Positions 8,829-20,800 of a DNA stretch of 24,000 nt are shown in pieces (the stretch's first letter is position 1; the number at the start of each line of letters is the position of its first letter). The notes under the pieces are model-generated. The model was given only the letters and a program-made list of their open reading frames with translations. It did not search any database and was not told the origin of the DNA. The stretch is from Aureispira sp. Its GTDB lineage: Bacteria > Bacteroidota > Bacteroidia > Chitinophagales > Saprospiraceae. Where the stretch lies: positions 27,559 through 51,558 of the forward strand of contig JBGCDW010000054.1 in assembly GCA_045105775.1 (NCBI GenBank), given 5' to 3'. Made by a program: the position numbers and the translations under genes.

Positions 8829-9631
8829 TGAATTCTACCAAAAACAGTTTACTTTGGGAAGTCACTCCCCCACAACAAAACAGACCGTCTTATCTATTTG
8901 GCACCATGCACGTACGCGATAAACGGGTATTTGCCTCTATGGATAAATTGACTACTTATTTGCATCAATGTGATGCCTTTGCGGCTGAATTTGACTTTCA
9001 AGAAATTGATATACAAGCATTTGAACAAGCTTCTAGTCTTCCAGATTCAATTTCTTTGTCCACAGCGTTATCGCCCAAAGTTTATAAAAAACTAGAAAAA
9101 ATTGTTGCCAGAGAAACGCAGCAATCCTTGGAGCTATTTGAGCATCGCTCCCCTATGTTTTTGCTCAATCTACTAGCAGAAGTCCAACTGAGTGCCGAGC
9201 AGCAAGTCGCCTTAGACAAAGTGTTGTATAATTTAGCACAACAAGCGGACAAAACAATACTGGGTTTGGAAACATTTGAGGAACAATTGGCCGTTTTTCA
9301 GCATATCAATTTGAAGGAACAATACAGAAGCTTGAAGCAAGTGGCTACTAATTTTAAACGCTATAGATGTAGTTTGCACAAAGTAACTCAATCTTACTTT
9401 GAAGGCAACATTAATAAACTGTATCAACAAAGTAAACGTTCTATTGGTAGTTTACGAAGGGTTTTGTTGTATGAACGCAATCTTGTTATGGCAACAAGAT
9501 TTGAGGCATACACACAGGAACAAACCCTATTTGCAGCTATTGGGTCAGGGCATTTGGCTGGTGCCAAGGGGGTGTTGCGTTTGCTCAAACACAGGGGCTA
9601 TCGCTTGCGTCCGTTGTCCTATCAGCTTTAA
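8828..9631 (+). CDS. TraB/GumN family protein
   Basis: 'NRPSYLFGTMHVRDKRVF' (GTxH motif), 'KTILGLETFEEQLAVF' and C-terminal 'LFAAIGSGHLAGAKGVLRLLKHRGYRLRPL' (GxxHLxG). Confidence 0.85.
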   Translation: MNSTKNSLLWEVTPPQQNRPSYLFGTMHVRDKRVFASMDKLTTYLHQCDAFAAEFDFQEIDIQAFEQASSLPDSISLSTALSPKVYKKLEKIVARETQQSLELFEHRSPMFLLNLLAEVQLSAEQQVALDKVLYNLAQQADKTILGLETFEEQLAVFQHINLKEQYRSLKQVATNFKRYRCSLHKVTQSYFEGNINKLYQQSKRSIGSLRRVLLYERNLVMATRFEAYTQEQTLFAAIGSGHLAGAKGVLRLLKHRGYRLRPLSYQL

Positions 9632-9691
9632 TGATTGAAGAGCTATCTTTTTTACAAATTTTAAAAATTAATTTTTATAATATTTTTTTCT

Positions 9692-11014
9692 ATGAACAAC
9701 TTACCGCTCGAATCTTACTTCCAAAACTTAGGCATTCAACAACTCAATGCCATGCAGCAATCGTTCTTAGAAACAACGGCCTTGCAAAAGGATGTTATCT
9801 TGCACGCGCCTACAGGTTCGGGCAAAACACTGGCTTTTCTGCTGGGCTTATTGCAACAGTTAAACATTACGGATACCAATACCACACAAGCCCTCATCTT
9901 AGTGCCTTCTAGAGAACTTGCCTTACAAATTGACCAAGTTTTTAGAAGCTTAAAAACGGGCTACAAAATCAATTGCTGCTATGGTGGGCATCCTATTGCC
10001 ATAGAACTTCAAAACCTACAAACACCCCCTACTATACTGGTGGGTACTCCAGGTAGAATTGCCGATCACTTGCGCCGCGAAAGCATCACCACCGATAGTA
10101 TTACCCATTTGGTCTTAGATGAATTTGATAAATCCTTGGAATTGGGCTTTGAGAAAGAAATGGCGGCTATTATTGAGGCTTTGCCCAATATCCAACAACA
10201 CTTCTTAACCTCGGCAACCAATGCGATTACCCTACCCGAATTTTTATCCCTACAGCAACCGATTCGCCTAGATTTTGTCCCCCGACACCTTCGCAAAAAC
10301 GGGCTGGGCATCAAAGCTATTCTCACCAAAGGCAAACAGCGAAAAGAAGATTTCTTACAACTGGTGCAATGGGTAGGAAACGAGGCCACTTTGATTTTTT
10401 GCAATCAAAAGGCAATTGTAGAACAAGTCAGTCAATGGCTGCACCAACTCCAAATTACACACGGCACCTTTCATGGCGACTTGGATCAAAAAGACCGAGA
10501 ATTGGCCTTAATTCGCTTGAGAAATGGGAGTTATAATATATTGGTAACAACAGATTTGGCCGCTCGTGGATTAGACATCCCCAGCATTCAACACATCATT
10601 CATTACCAATTGCCTCACTCCGAACCCGAATTCATTCATCGCAATGGTCGTACGGCTCGTATGGAGGCCACAGGTACCGCTTATGTCCTTCTGGAAGAGG
10701 ACAAACCTTGGCGTACTTATTTGGACGATAGCCTAGAGTACATCGAATTGCCCCAACAAGTCGCCCCACTCCCCCAACCGTCTTGGGCCACGCTCTACAT
10801 CAGCGCAGGCAAAAAAGACAAAGTAAATAAATTTGACTTAGTAGGCGCGCTCTTCAAAAAAGCCCAACTCAAAAAAGAGGAACTAGGCTTGGTCGTCGTC
10901 AAGGAACATCACGCCTATGCCGCCGTCAAACGCACTTGTGTTAAACAGGTTATTAATGCCTTGCACAAAAAGCGCATCAAGAAGCAGCAGGTAGTGGTGG
11001 AATTGGCTCGGTAG
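9692..11014 (+). CDS. DEAD/DEAH-box ATP-dependent RNA helicase with DEFD Walker B variant
   Basis: 'HAPTGSGKT', 'LVPSRELALQI', 'GGHP', 'TPGRIADHL', 'VLDEFDKSLELGF', 'TSAT', 'TTDLAARGLDIPSI', 'HRNGRTARM'. Confidence 0.93.
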   Translation: MNNLPLESYFQNLGIQQLNAMQQSFLETTALQKDVILHAPTGSGKTLAFLLGLLQQLNITDTNTTQALILVPSRELALQIDQVFRSLKTGYKINCCYGGHPIAIELQNLQTPPTILVGTPGRIADHLRRESITTDSITHLVLDEFDKSLELGFEKEMAAIIEALPNIQQHFLTSATNAITLPEFLSLQQPIRLDFVPRHLRKNGLGIKAILTKGKQRKEDFLQLVQWVGNEATLIFCNQKAIVEQVSQWLHQLQITHGTFHGDLDQKDRELALIRLRNGSYNILVTTDLAARGLDIPSIQHIIHYQLPHSEPEFIHRNGRTARMEATGTAYVLLEEDKPWRTYLDDSLEYIELPQQVAPLPQPSWATLYISAGKKDKVNKFDLVGALFKKAQLKKEELGLVVVKEHHAYAAVKRTCVKQVINALHKKRIKKQQVVVELAR

Positions 11015-11062
11015 GATTGGAGGGTCTCAGAAATCGGAAGGGTTTTACTTCTTCCTACCTAG

Positions 11063-11109
11063 TATGTCGTCCCTTCAGGACTTAATCCAAGTCCCAACGG
11101 GACGACATA
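11063..11109. repeat. REP/IS-end-like imperfect palindrome
   Basis: Outer 11-bp arms tatgtcgtccc (11063-11073) / gggacgacata (11099-11109). Inner 6-bp arms ggactt (11078-11083) / aagtcc (11089-11094) with loop aatcc. Confidence 0.75.
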
Positions 11110-11161
11110 ACAAAAGAAAGGACGACAGGGCTGACTCCTCATCCCAAACATACCGCTCATC

Positions 11162-11596
11162 CTATTCCACTTCATACTTCTCAAGCAGCCCTCGATACTC
11201 CTCCTTAAAATCTGTTCTACGGTGATGCGCATGTTGATTCTTAATGCAATTCATAACAACATCTACTTGATGTCGATTAACAGAAAAAGCCCCATAACCA
11301 TTCTGCCAAAAAAAATGAGCAAGGCTTTCATCATTCGTCGTCATCCGCTTAGAGGAATAAGACGTTACCTTTTGAACTAAAGTCATCAAAGGTATCTTTT
11401 GAGACAATCGGCACAAAATATGAATATGGTCAACATACCCTCCAACAATTAACGCAGGACACTCATAATCCTGACAAATCCGTGCCATATAAGCATGTAA
11501 GTCTTGTTCATAAGGAACATAAATAAGAGCTTCTCGATACTTTGTACTAAAGGCAATGTGAATATAATTTTGCACGAGTGACTGTCCCATAGTCAT
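11162..11596 (-). pseudogene. IS200/IS605-family (Y1, HUH) transposase or RAYT relic
   Basis: 'NYIHIAFSTKYREALI', HUH motif 'YVDHIHILCRL', 'FFWQNGYGAFSVNRHQVDVVMNCIKNQHAHHRRTDFKEEYRGLLEKYEVE'. The normally catalytic Tyr (YIxNQ) reads Cys. The stop TAG (11162-11164) is followed in frame by 'DERYVWDE', the expected family C-terminus, so the stop looks like a nonsense mutation. Confidence 0.8.
11162..11596 (-). mobile_element. Decayed IS200-like / REP-associated tyrosine transposase insertion
   Basis: Y1-transposase-like ORF plus the adjacent hairpin at 11063-11109. Element boundaries cannot be defined from the sequence alone. Confidence 0.5.
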
Positions 11597-11818
11597 TAAT
11601 TTTCTTTTAGCCGATTACTTTAAAACTTACTCACAATTTCACTAAAAACGTATAATAATTTCATTACGAACACCTCTATTTTAGAAGCCCAACCACCATA
11701 AAAGCCCCAACTTTTCGTTAAAAGATTGTATATTGTTTGAACTGCCTAATGAGGTCAGTGAGAGAATAAGGTATAATAGATACCCAACTTTGCTTTATAA
11801 AGAAAGAAACAAACGCTT

Positions 11819-14800
11819 ATGTGGAATCATAGACCACTTTTACTACTTGGCCTTTTAGCTGCTTTACTCACTCTTGGAAGCACCCTAACTGCCCAAGTTA
11901 CCTTAACAGTAAGAATAACCAGTGGAAGCTCTACCACCACTTGTACAGATGGTTTTTTTGGCGGTGCGCCAGAACCACACTGGCGGGTAGAAATAGATGG
12001 ACAAGGTTACACCACCTACCCCAGACGTGGACTTTGTTTTACCAATGCTCCCAATACACAATATTCCGAAGTATTTAATTGTAGCAATCGTTATCCCGTT
12101 GACTTGCCTATTTGCCTAAGAGCATTTGAAGACGATGGTGGAGCCTGTATTGTAAATGAAAGTTGCTTGGAACAAATCTGCCAAAATTTTGCCACGCCTG
12201 CCCCAGGAAACACCCTCAATTACACCCTCTCTGTCAATGGTTCCAGTTCGGCCACGGTCAACTTTAGCATCACTGCCACAGGAAGTTTCAATCTCCCAGG
12301 AGCCGCTTACAATACGATTTGTAATGCCGTAAACTTGGGCACACTCAATTCTAGCAGCACCATTGGCAATAGCAATTTGAGTAATTATGGTAATTTTTGT
12401 GCAGACAATCTAGGGGAGCCTAATCCTTGGGGCAACAACAACGATCAAGGCGTTTGGTTTCAATTTACCACCAGTGCCAGCCCTGCTGCGGTCATTGATA
12501 TAGAAGCAGAAAGCGATCCACAAAACATTGGTAATGATATAGATTTACAAATAGCCATTTACGAATCCAGCAATGGTACTTGTTCGGGCACCCTCAGCCT
12601 ATTAGAAGACAGTTACACAGGTTTTGGATTGCTCAATGATGAAGATTTATCGGTCAATTGTCTACAACCCAATACCACCTATTTTATTCTAGTAGATGGA
12701 GAAAGAACAAACCTTATTAACAATGGCGGACAAGAAGGATTTTTTGGTTTACAAATCGTAGATGCAGGCGTATTGCAAGCAGCCGATGAAATTTGTGATG
12801 CAGAATTCTTAGGGCTAGTTCCTGCTGGTGGTGCTGTAGCCACCCCCAATCTTAGCCGTTCCAATGTTTGTGCCACCAACACCAATGACCCCAATCCAGG
12901 GGCATGGGCTTCGGATCAAACCGTTTGGTTTCGTTTCCAAGCTCCCCCTACAGGACATGTTATTATAGAAGCAGATAGCGACCCCTTACTCCCCTTATCC
13001 AATGATCCTATTGATTTACAATTAGCCCTTTATGGTACAAATAACAATACTTGTACAGGCACCTTAGATTTTATTGCCTCAGAATACACCCCTGGTTTAT
13101 TTGGAGAAGACCTTGATGTGCGTTGTCTCACCCCAGGGCAAAATTACTGGATTTTGGTAGATGGTTCCCCACTCAATGTCGATGGTATTTTTGATATAAC
13201 GGTACGAGATGGCGGTATTCCACCTGCCCCCAATGACTTGAGTTGTGATGCCATTCCATTGGGCGCACCGGGCAATGGCGGAACCGTAGGTCTCAACAAT
13301 CAAAACAATTACTGTGCGGACAACATTTTTGAGCCCATTCCCAGCAATTGGGGAAATGACCAAGGTGTTTGGTATACCTTTATTGCACCACCTTCGGGTA
13401 AGGTCGAAGTTCGCTTGGACAATGGCAATATTATCACAGGTGATAACATAGATTTGCAAGTAGCTGTATACGATCTTACGGGAGCTGTTTGTACAGGAGT
13501 ACCCAATGAAATACGCTCCCAGCACAATGGTATTGGAATACTATGGGATGAAACCATGGAAGTAGAATGCCTAGAGCCAGGGCGTGAATATTGGATTTTG
13601 GTAGATGGGGAAGGTTCTTTGATTGATCCTGACCTACAAGAAGGCACCTTTGATATTGAAGTCTTTGGCGATCCGCGCGATTTGGCCTCGCCTTATGATG
13701 CCCCTTGCAATGCCTTGGCATTGGGCGATCCTACTGGAGGTTCTATAGGCACCAGCCCCATTACCAACCACGGCTCGCAAAATAATTTCTGCGCCGATGC
13801 CGCAGGTGAACCCCAACCCTCAGGTTTTACAGCCGATCAAACGGTTTGGTATACCTTTGTCGCGCCTTCTACGGGAAATGTCAACATTGATTTGAACTCG
13901 GATGCTGTTCTCGGAGGCGTTGATCCTATCAATTTGCAAATTGCCGTGTGGGAAAGCCCCAGTTGTAATGGGCCTTGGCGCGAGGAAGTGAGTGGTGACG
14001 ATTTGATTTATGATGTGGATTTGGATGTTTTCTGTCTTACGCCAGGACAAGTGTATTATGTGCAAGTAGATGGAGCTCCCCCTGCAATTTTGGGTGGCGA
14101 AGAGGGGTATTTTGATCTTACCATTTCAGAAATTCCTTCTATTCCAGTGGCACCCAATGATTCTATTTGTAATGCCATTGCCTTGGGCAATCCCTTTGCA
14201 GGAACCGTGGGAGTGACCAATCAACAAAATTTATGTGCCGATGATTTGGGTGATCCCAATCCTTCGGCCTTTGGCACCGATCAAACCGTTTGGTACAGCT
14301 TTACCACACCAGCCACAGGCGGGCCTTTTGCGGTAGATATTGATGCCAACTCTAGTTTGCCTTGGCCTTTTGGCAATAGAGATGCCATTGATTTACAAAT
14401 TGCTGTTTTTCAGTCTAGTAATAACACCTGTACAGGCGTACTGACCGAAGTAGAAAGCAGCTATTCGCTTCTAGATTTATTTGACGAGCAATTGAATGTG
14501 GCTTGCTTAGAAGAAAATCGAACCTATTTTGTAATGGTAGATGGATCTTTCTTGGACGTACAAGGCTACTTTGATATTTCTATATCTGCCGCTACCCCTG
14601 TTCCCATTCCAACCAATGACCTTATTTGTCAACACGAAGATTTGGGCACCGTACCTATTGGCGGAAGCCTAAACAACGGGGTCAATTATTACAATTTTTG
14701 TGCTGATGTAGAACCTGGTGAGCCGAGTCCTTTTGGCATTGAACAAACGGTGTGGTTCTCATTTATTGCCCCCAACCACCCTGGCCTCAATGCTACAGCC

Positions 14801-17800
14801 AATGTGACCATTTCGGTAGAGTCTGACCCTGCCAATGTGGGCAACAGTGTGGATTTGCAATTGGCGGTTTATGAATCGAGTAATAATACTTGTACGGGTG
14901 CCATGACTCTATTGGAAGAGGGCTCGGACGATCCTACTTTTAGTTTTGATGCAGAAGTCAATGTAACCTGTCTCTACCCTGGTAGACGATATTGGGTACA
15001 AGTAGATGGTTCTATTATCAACCAAGAAGGCTATTTCCAAATAGAAGTAGAAGACGATGGGGCTGGTTTCCGTCCGCCTTATAATTTAATTTGTAATGCC
15101 GAGCCTCTAGGGGTTGTTCCCAATGGTGGAAACATCAACAATGGGGTCAATTATACCAATTTATGTTCGGATACAGAACCTGGTGAACCCAATCCCAATG
15201 CCTTTTCTATTGACAAAACCGTGTGGTTTACCTTTACGGCTCCTGCCTCTGGTAATGTTACCATCAATGCAGAAAATGACCCCAACAACATTGGTGACGA
15301 AATTGATTTACAATTGGCCTTGTATTACTCGGTCAACAATACCTGCTCTGGCCCTTTCTTAGAAGTAGATAGCGATCATGATATTTTTAATAAAGATGAA
15401 TCCCTAACCGTAGATTGCTTGGAAGGAGGTCGTTTATATTTCTTGCAAGTAGATGGCTCCAATGGAGCATTTGGGGATGAAGATGGATGGTTTACCCTCG
15501 AAGTGACAGATGATGGTGGAACCAGTAGCTTCCCTTACAACAACAATATATGTGCTGCACGCAATTTTGGAATACCACTCGCTCCACAAACCCTCAACAA
15601 TGAATCCAATGAATGTGCAAATGTAGAGTTAGGCGAACCAGGAGCAGGCAGTTATGCCACCCACACCGTTTGGTACGAATTTGTAGCGCCCCCTTCTGGA
15701 CGCGTAGAAATTGAGGTGACTTCTAGTAATATTTTCTTAGGAATGGATCCTGAAGTACGCCTGTTTTCTTCTAGTAATAATACGTGTACAGGCAATTTAT
15801 CCCAAATCGAACGTTCCAACTTACCTACTGCACTGATTCCAGAGAATATTGAGGCCAATTGCTTAATCCCAGGCAACACCTATTTCATTCAAGTAGATGG
15901 CTCTGGTTTGGTCATTGAGGGGCAATTTAACATTACCATCGAAGCCATCTTCCCCAATTATGGGACAGGGCTGGCAGGCGACCCAGAACCAAGCAACAAT
16001 GCTTGTGATAGTGCAATTACATTAGCGGTTCAGTCACAATCTTGCCTCAATGCTTCGGGCACCTTTACCAATCTCAATTATGGCTATCCCACCATCACTT
16101 ACAATCCTGCCTTTGCACAAGGCTGTGGAGGCAATTGTGGGGCTACTTGGTATCAATTTACCATGCCTGCTTCGGGCAATGCTGTTATTGAAGGCAATGA
16201 TGATAATATTGGTGGGGGAATTATTGGAGATTTCTCTGATTTGGTCGTGGCCGCGTATACAGGTACTTGTAACAACCTCACGCCTATTGATTGTGACCAA
16301 GGTGGCTTCACCAGCGATGTTTCCTTCCAAGTAGCCGCCGCTCCAGGCACCACTATTTGGCTGCAAGTGTTTAATGATGATGGTGATGACGAAGGCGAAG
16401 AATACCAATTGTGTATTTCCGAAGGTTGTGGTTTTGATGATTGTTTGAATGCTTTGGCTGTGCCCATGCTGCCCAATGTGCCTTACTGTTTTAATACAGC
16501 AGGAGCCAATGGCGAAGATGTAGCAGGCGGAAGTGCGGGCTATTTTGAATGTTCAGAAGGTGACAACCCCGAAAACTCCGTTTATTATTACTTTGTATCC
16601 GATTGTAATGGTAGCGATGTGACCTTAAGCGTCATCAATGCCGTTTCTAATGGTAATTGTATTTTGGGTATTACCCCTACCGATGGTTTTAATATTTCTT
16701 TGTTCCAAGATGCAACGCCTTGTGATAACAACCCCGATACCTTGGTAGATTGCCAGACCTTTACATCCTGTGATGTACAACCCGTCAACTGGTCACAAAC
16801 CTACACAGGACTCTCACCCAACACCCCTTATATCATTCAAATTGATGGTGGTTTTGGTGCCTTAGGTGGTGACAATGTGGGTGAAATTATGATTACAACT
16901 ACCACCGACCCTGTCGTCGCTCCTGTTTCTACGCCACTCTCTTGTTCTGGGTTGAATAATGGAACCGCTTCGGCAGTTACACAGGGAGGTGTTGGCCCTT
17001 TCACCTTCTTATGGAGCAACAACAGTACAGATTCTACCGCCACCAACCTAGCCGCAGGTACTTATTTTGTTACTGTTACAGGTAGTAATGGTTGTTTTGA
17101 TACCGCTAGTGTAGTGGTAGGCAATAGCACGCCTTTGATCGCCACTATTACCAATGCCTCGGATGCTACTTGTGGTAATAATTGCAATGGACAAGCTTCC
17201 GTAACTGCTTTGGGAGGTTCTGTAGCAACCAATTATACCTATTTGTGGAATGATCCCAATGCCCAAACTACGGCTACTGCTACCAATTTATGTGCAGGAA
17301 CATACACCGTGACGGTTTATGATGATAATGCTTGTTTTGATACCACTAGTGTAGTCATTAATGCTCCACCTCCTATCCTTATTCAAGTAGATTCTATTAG
17401 AAATATTGCTTGTGGGGGTACTTGTGATGGGCAAATTAGCTTGTCTGCTTCTGGTGGAACGGCTCCTAATGGTTATCAATACAATTGGTCTACAGGAGCA
17501 ACAACGGCACAAATCAGCAACTTATGTGCGGGCAATTATACCGTTACTGTAGCAGATGATAACGGCTGTACAGATACCTTAACCATTGTATTAACGCAGC
17601 CTAGCAGTGTCACACTGGCCTTGACCCAACAAAGTAATATTGATTGTAATGGAGATAGTACAGGCAGCATTGCTGTTATTGCCAACAATGGAACACCCAA
17701 TTATACCTATAATTTATACAACAATACAGGATTGCTCTCCAGCAACACCACAGGAAGTTTTGGTAATTTACCTGCTCAAGCTTATGGTATTTTGGTGCAA

Positions 17801-20800
17801 GATGACTTAGGTTGTACCGATTCTATTGCGGTAGTATTGACCGAGCCACTGGCATTGACACTTAACTTGGTAAGTTCTAGCAATAGCAGTTGTTTTGGAG
17901 CCAATGACGGTGCTATTACGGTACAAGGCAATGGAGGAACAGCTCCTTATAGTTATGCTTTGGATGGTATTAATTTTAGTGTTAATAATGCCTTTAATAA
18001 CCTAGTAGCTGGTTCTTATACCATAACCGTCCGCGACAGCCTCAATTGTAACACAACTCTTGCACTCAATCTTACCGAACCAGCCGCAATTGTTCTCACC
18101 AACAACAACCAAACAAATGCGAGTTGTGGGGCTTGTGATGGTACCGCTACGGTGGGTGCTAGTGGTGGCGCGGGTTCATTTAGTTATCTTTGGACAAGTG
18201 GCGAAACCACCCCAACAGCTACGGCTTTGTGTGCTGGAAATAATACGGTAACTGTAACCGATGCCAATGGCTGTACCGCTACCGCTGCTTTTATTATTGG
18301 TAATGCTAGTGGATTTACGGCTAGTGCCAGTATAGATCAAGCTATTAGTTGTTTTGGCAATTGCAATGGTGCCGTAAGTATAGATGCACCTACTGGTGGA
18401 GGCAGTTTTACCACACTCTGGAATACAGGAGCTACAACAGATAGCATTAATAACTTATGTGCAGGTAACTATACCGCTACTGTCACAGATGCCAATGGCT
18501 GTTTTGTTATTCAAACCATCAATTTGGTAGCCCCCGACAGCCTCACGGCTCTTGCAGCTACTTTGCAAGATGTTTCTTGTGTAGGCAATACAGATGGGCA
18601 AGCTACGGTGACTATTAATGGCGGTACAGGGCCTTACACTATTTTGTGGGATGATAACAACGCCAATGCTACCAATACGGCCCTAACGGCAGGGCTACAC
18701 ACAGTGACCGTTACCGATGCAAGAGGGTGTGTGGCTACGGCTAGTACCACTATTGGCAGTCCAACACCACTCAACATTAGCATACAAAACACCACCGCCT
18801 CCAATTGTGGCACCTCAGGCTGTGATGGCACGGCTACCGTTGTGGTAACAGGCGGCCAAGGCTCTTATACCTACTTGTGGAATAATGGCAACACCAGTCC
18901 TACTCCTAATGATTTGTGCCCCAACTTCAATGGCGTTACCGTAACCGATGCCAACGGCTGTACGATTACGGCTAGTGTACTCATTCCAGCCAACAGTTCG
19001 CTCAATCTAAGCCTTAGCAACTCAACCGAACCAAGTTGCCACCGTGCTTGTGATGGCAGCCTAACGGTGGTTGCTGCTGGGGGAAATAACAGCAGCCCTT
19101 ATACCTTCCAATGGGATGATCCTAGCAACCAAAATACCGCTACAGCCAGCAACTTATGTGCAGGAACATATCGAGTAACCGTTAGTGATATTGATGGCTG
19201 TACAGCAGCAGCAGCCTTTACATTGGGGCAGCCCGACAGCATAACCATAAACTTAAGCCCAACAGCCGCGAGTTGTGCTGGGGTTAATAATGGTCGTATC
19301 AGCAGCCTAGCACAAGGAGGCACCATTCCTTACAGCTATCAGTGGAGTTCGGGAGCGACTACAGCTACCCTATCCAATGTTGGAGCAGGCAATTACACCC
19401 TAACGCTTACCGATGCCAATGGCTGTACGGCTATTGCCAATGCTGCTGTATTGGATGCAGATTCGCTGATTACCAATACTAATATTCCTACGCCTTATAA
19501 TGGCCAGCAAATTTCCTGTGCCAATGGCAATGATGGACAAGCTTCTGTCACGGTTACAGGGGGCACCGCTCCTTATAGCTATTTGTGGATTAATGGAGAC
19601 ACAACAGCCACAACTACAGGTTTGCAAGCCAGCACCTATCCTATTACCATCACCGATGCCAATGGCTGCTCTACAATAGATAGTGTTACGCTCATGCATC
19701 CTCCTCAAATTATAGCCAACACACAAATCATTTCTTCTTACAATGGTTATAATACCAGTTGTTATAGTAGCAATGATGGGGTTATTGTTGCGACAGCAAC
19801 AGGGGGCACAGGCAGTTATACTTATCTCTGGTCGGATGGCCAAACAGGAGATACAGCCACGGCACTCAATGGCGGTACTTATGCCCTAACGGTTACAGAC
19901 ATCAATGGATGTTTTATTGTGGTTACCGATTCCCTCACCGCCCCTGATCGTTTGGAAGATACGATTGTGATCAGCCAAACGGTAAGTTGCTTTGGGGGCA
20001 ATGATGGCAATGCAACCGTTATTCCAACAGGTGGTATTGCCCCTTACACTTATACTTGGAGTACAGGAAGCACAACGGCCACTGCTAACAACTTGGCTTT
20101 GGGCTGGCACTATGTTACAATTACGGATCTTAATACCTGCTTCTTGATAGACAGTGTTTATATAACCGAACCAGATGCGATTGAACCCAATTTGAGTGCA
20201 ACCCCAATCAATTGTGCCAATAGTGCGGATGGCTCGGCTACCGCCACAGCAACAGGAGGAACCGCACCCTATCAATTCTTATGGTCTAATAATGGGACTA
20301 CAGCTACCATTAATAATTTAACAGCAGGAACCTATGTGGTTACAATTACTGATGATAATTCTTGTACCATCGTAGATAGTATTGTGGTTGCTGCACCTAC
20401 AGCTATAATTGCAACCGCCCAACAAACACAAGCCATTAGTTGCCCTGTAACAGCCGATGCAGCCGCTACGGCTACCGCCACAGGAGGCACGATTCCCTAT
20501 CGTTTCGTGTGGTCTACAGGGGCCACTACAGCCACCATTCAGACCCTAACGGCAGGCAGCTATCAAGTGACCATTACTGATAATAATGGCTGTTCGGATA
20601 CGGCTAGTATAGTGATTAGTGATCCAGCACCATTACAGGTAACAGTTGCCGCAGATTTGATTTATAATGGGCAAGCTATTAGTTGTGCAGGGGCTGTTGA
20701 TGGGCAAGCGACAGTTACAGCTACAGGCGGCACGGGTTCGTACACCTATTTGTGGCCCGATGGACAAACCACTGCTACGGCTACAGGCTTAGGCCCTCAA

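Noticed and set aside
9631-9912. 93-aa ORF overlapping the start of the helicase gene
   Set aside because: It overlaps the well-supported DEAD-box CDS in another frame and has no family motifs. Its coding potential comes mostly from the helicase sequence.
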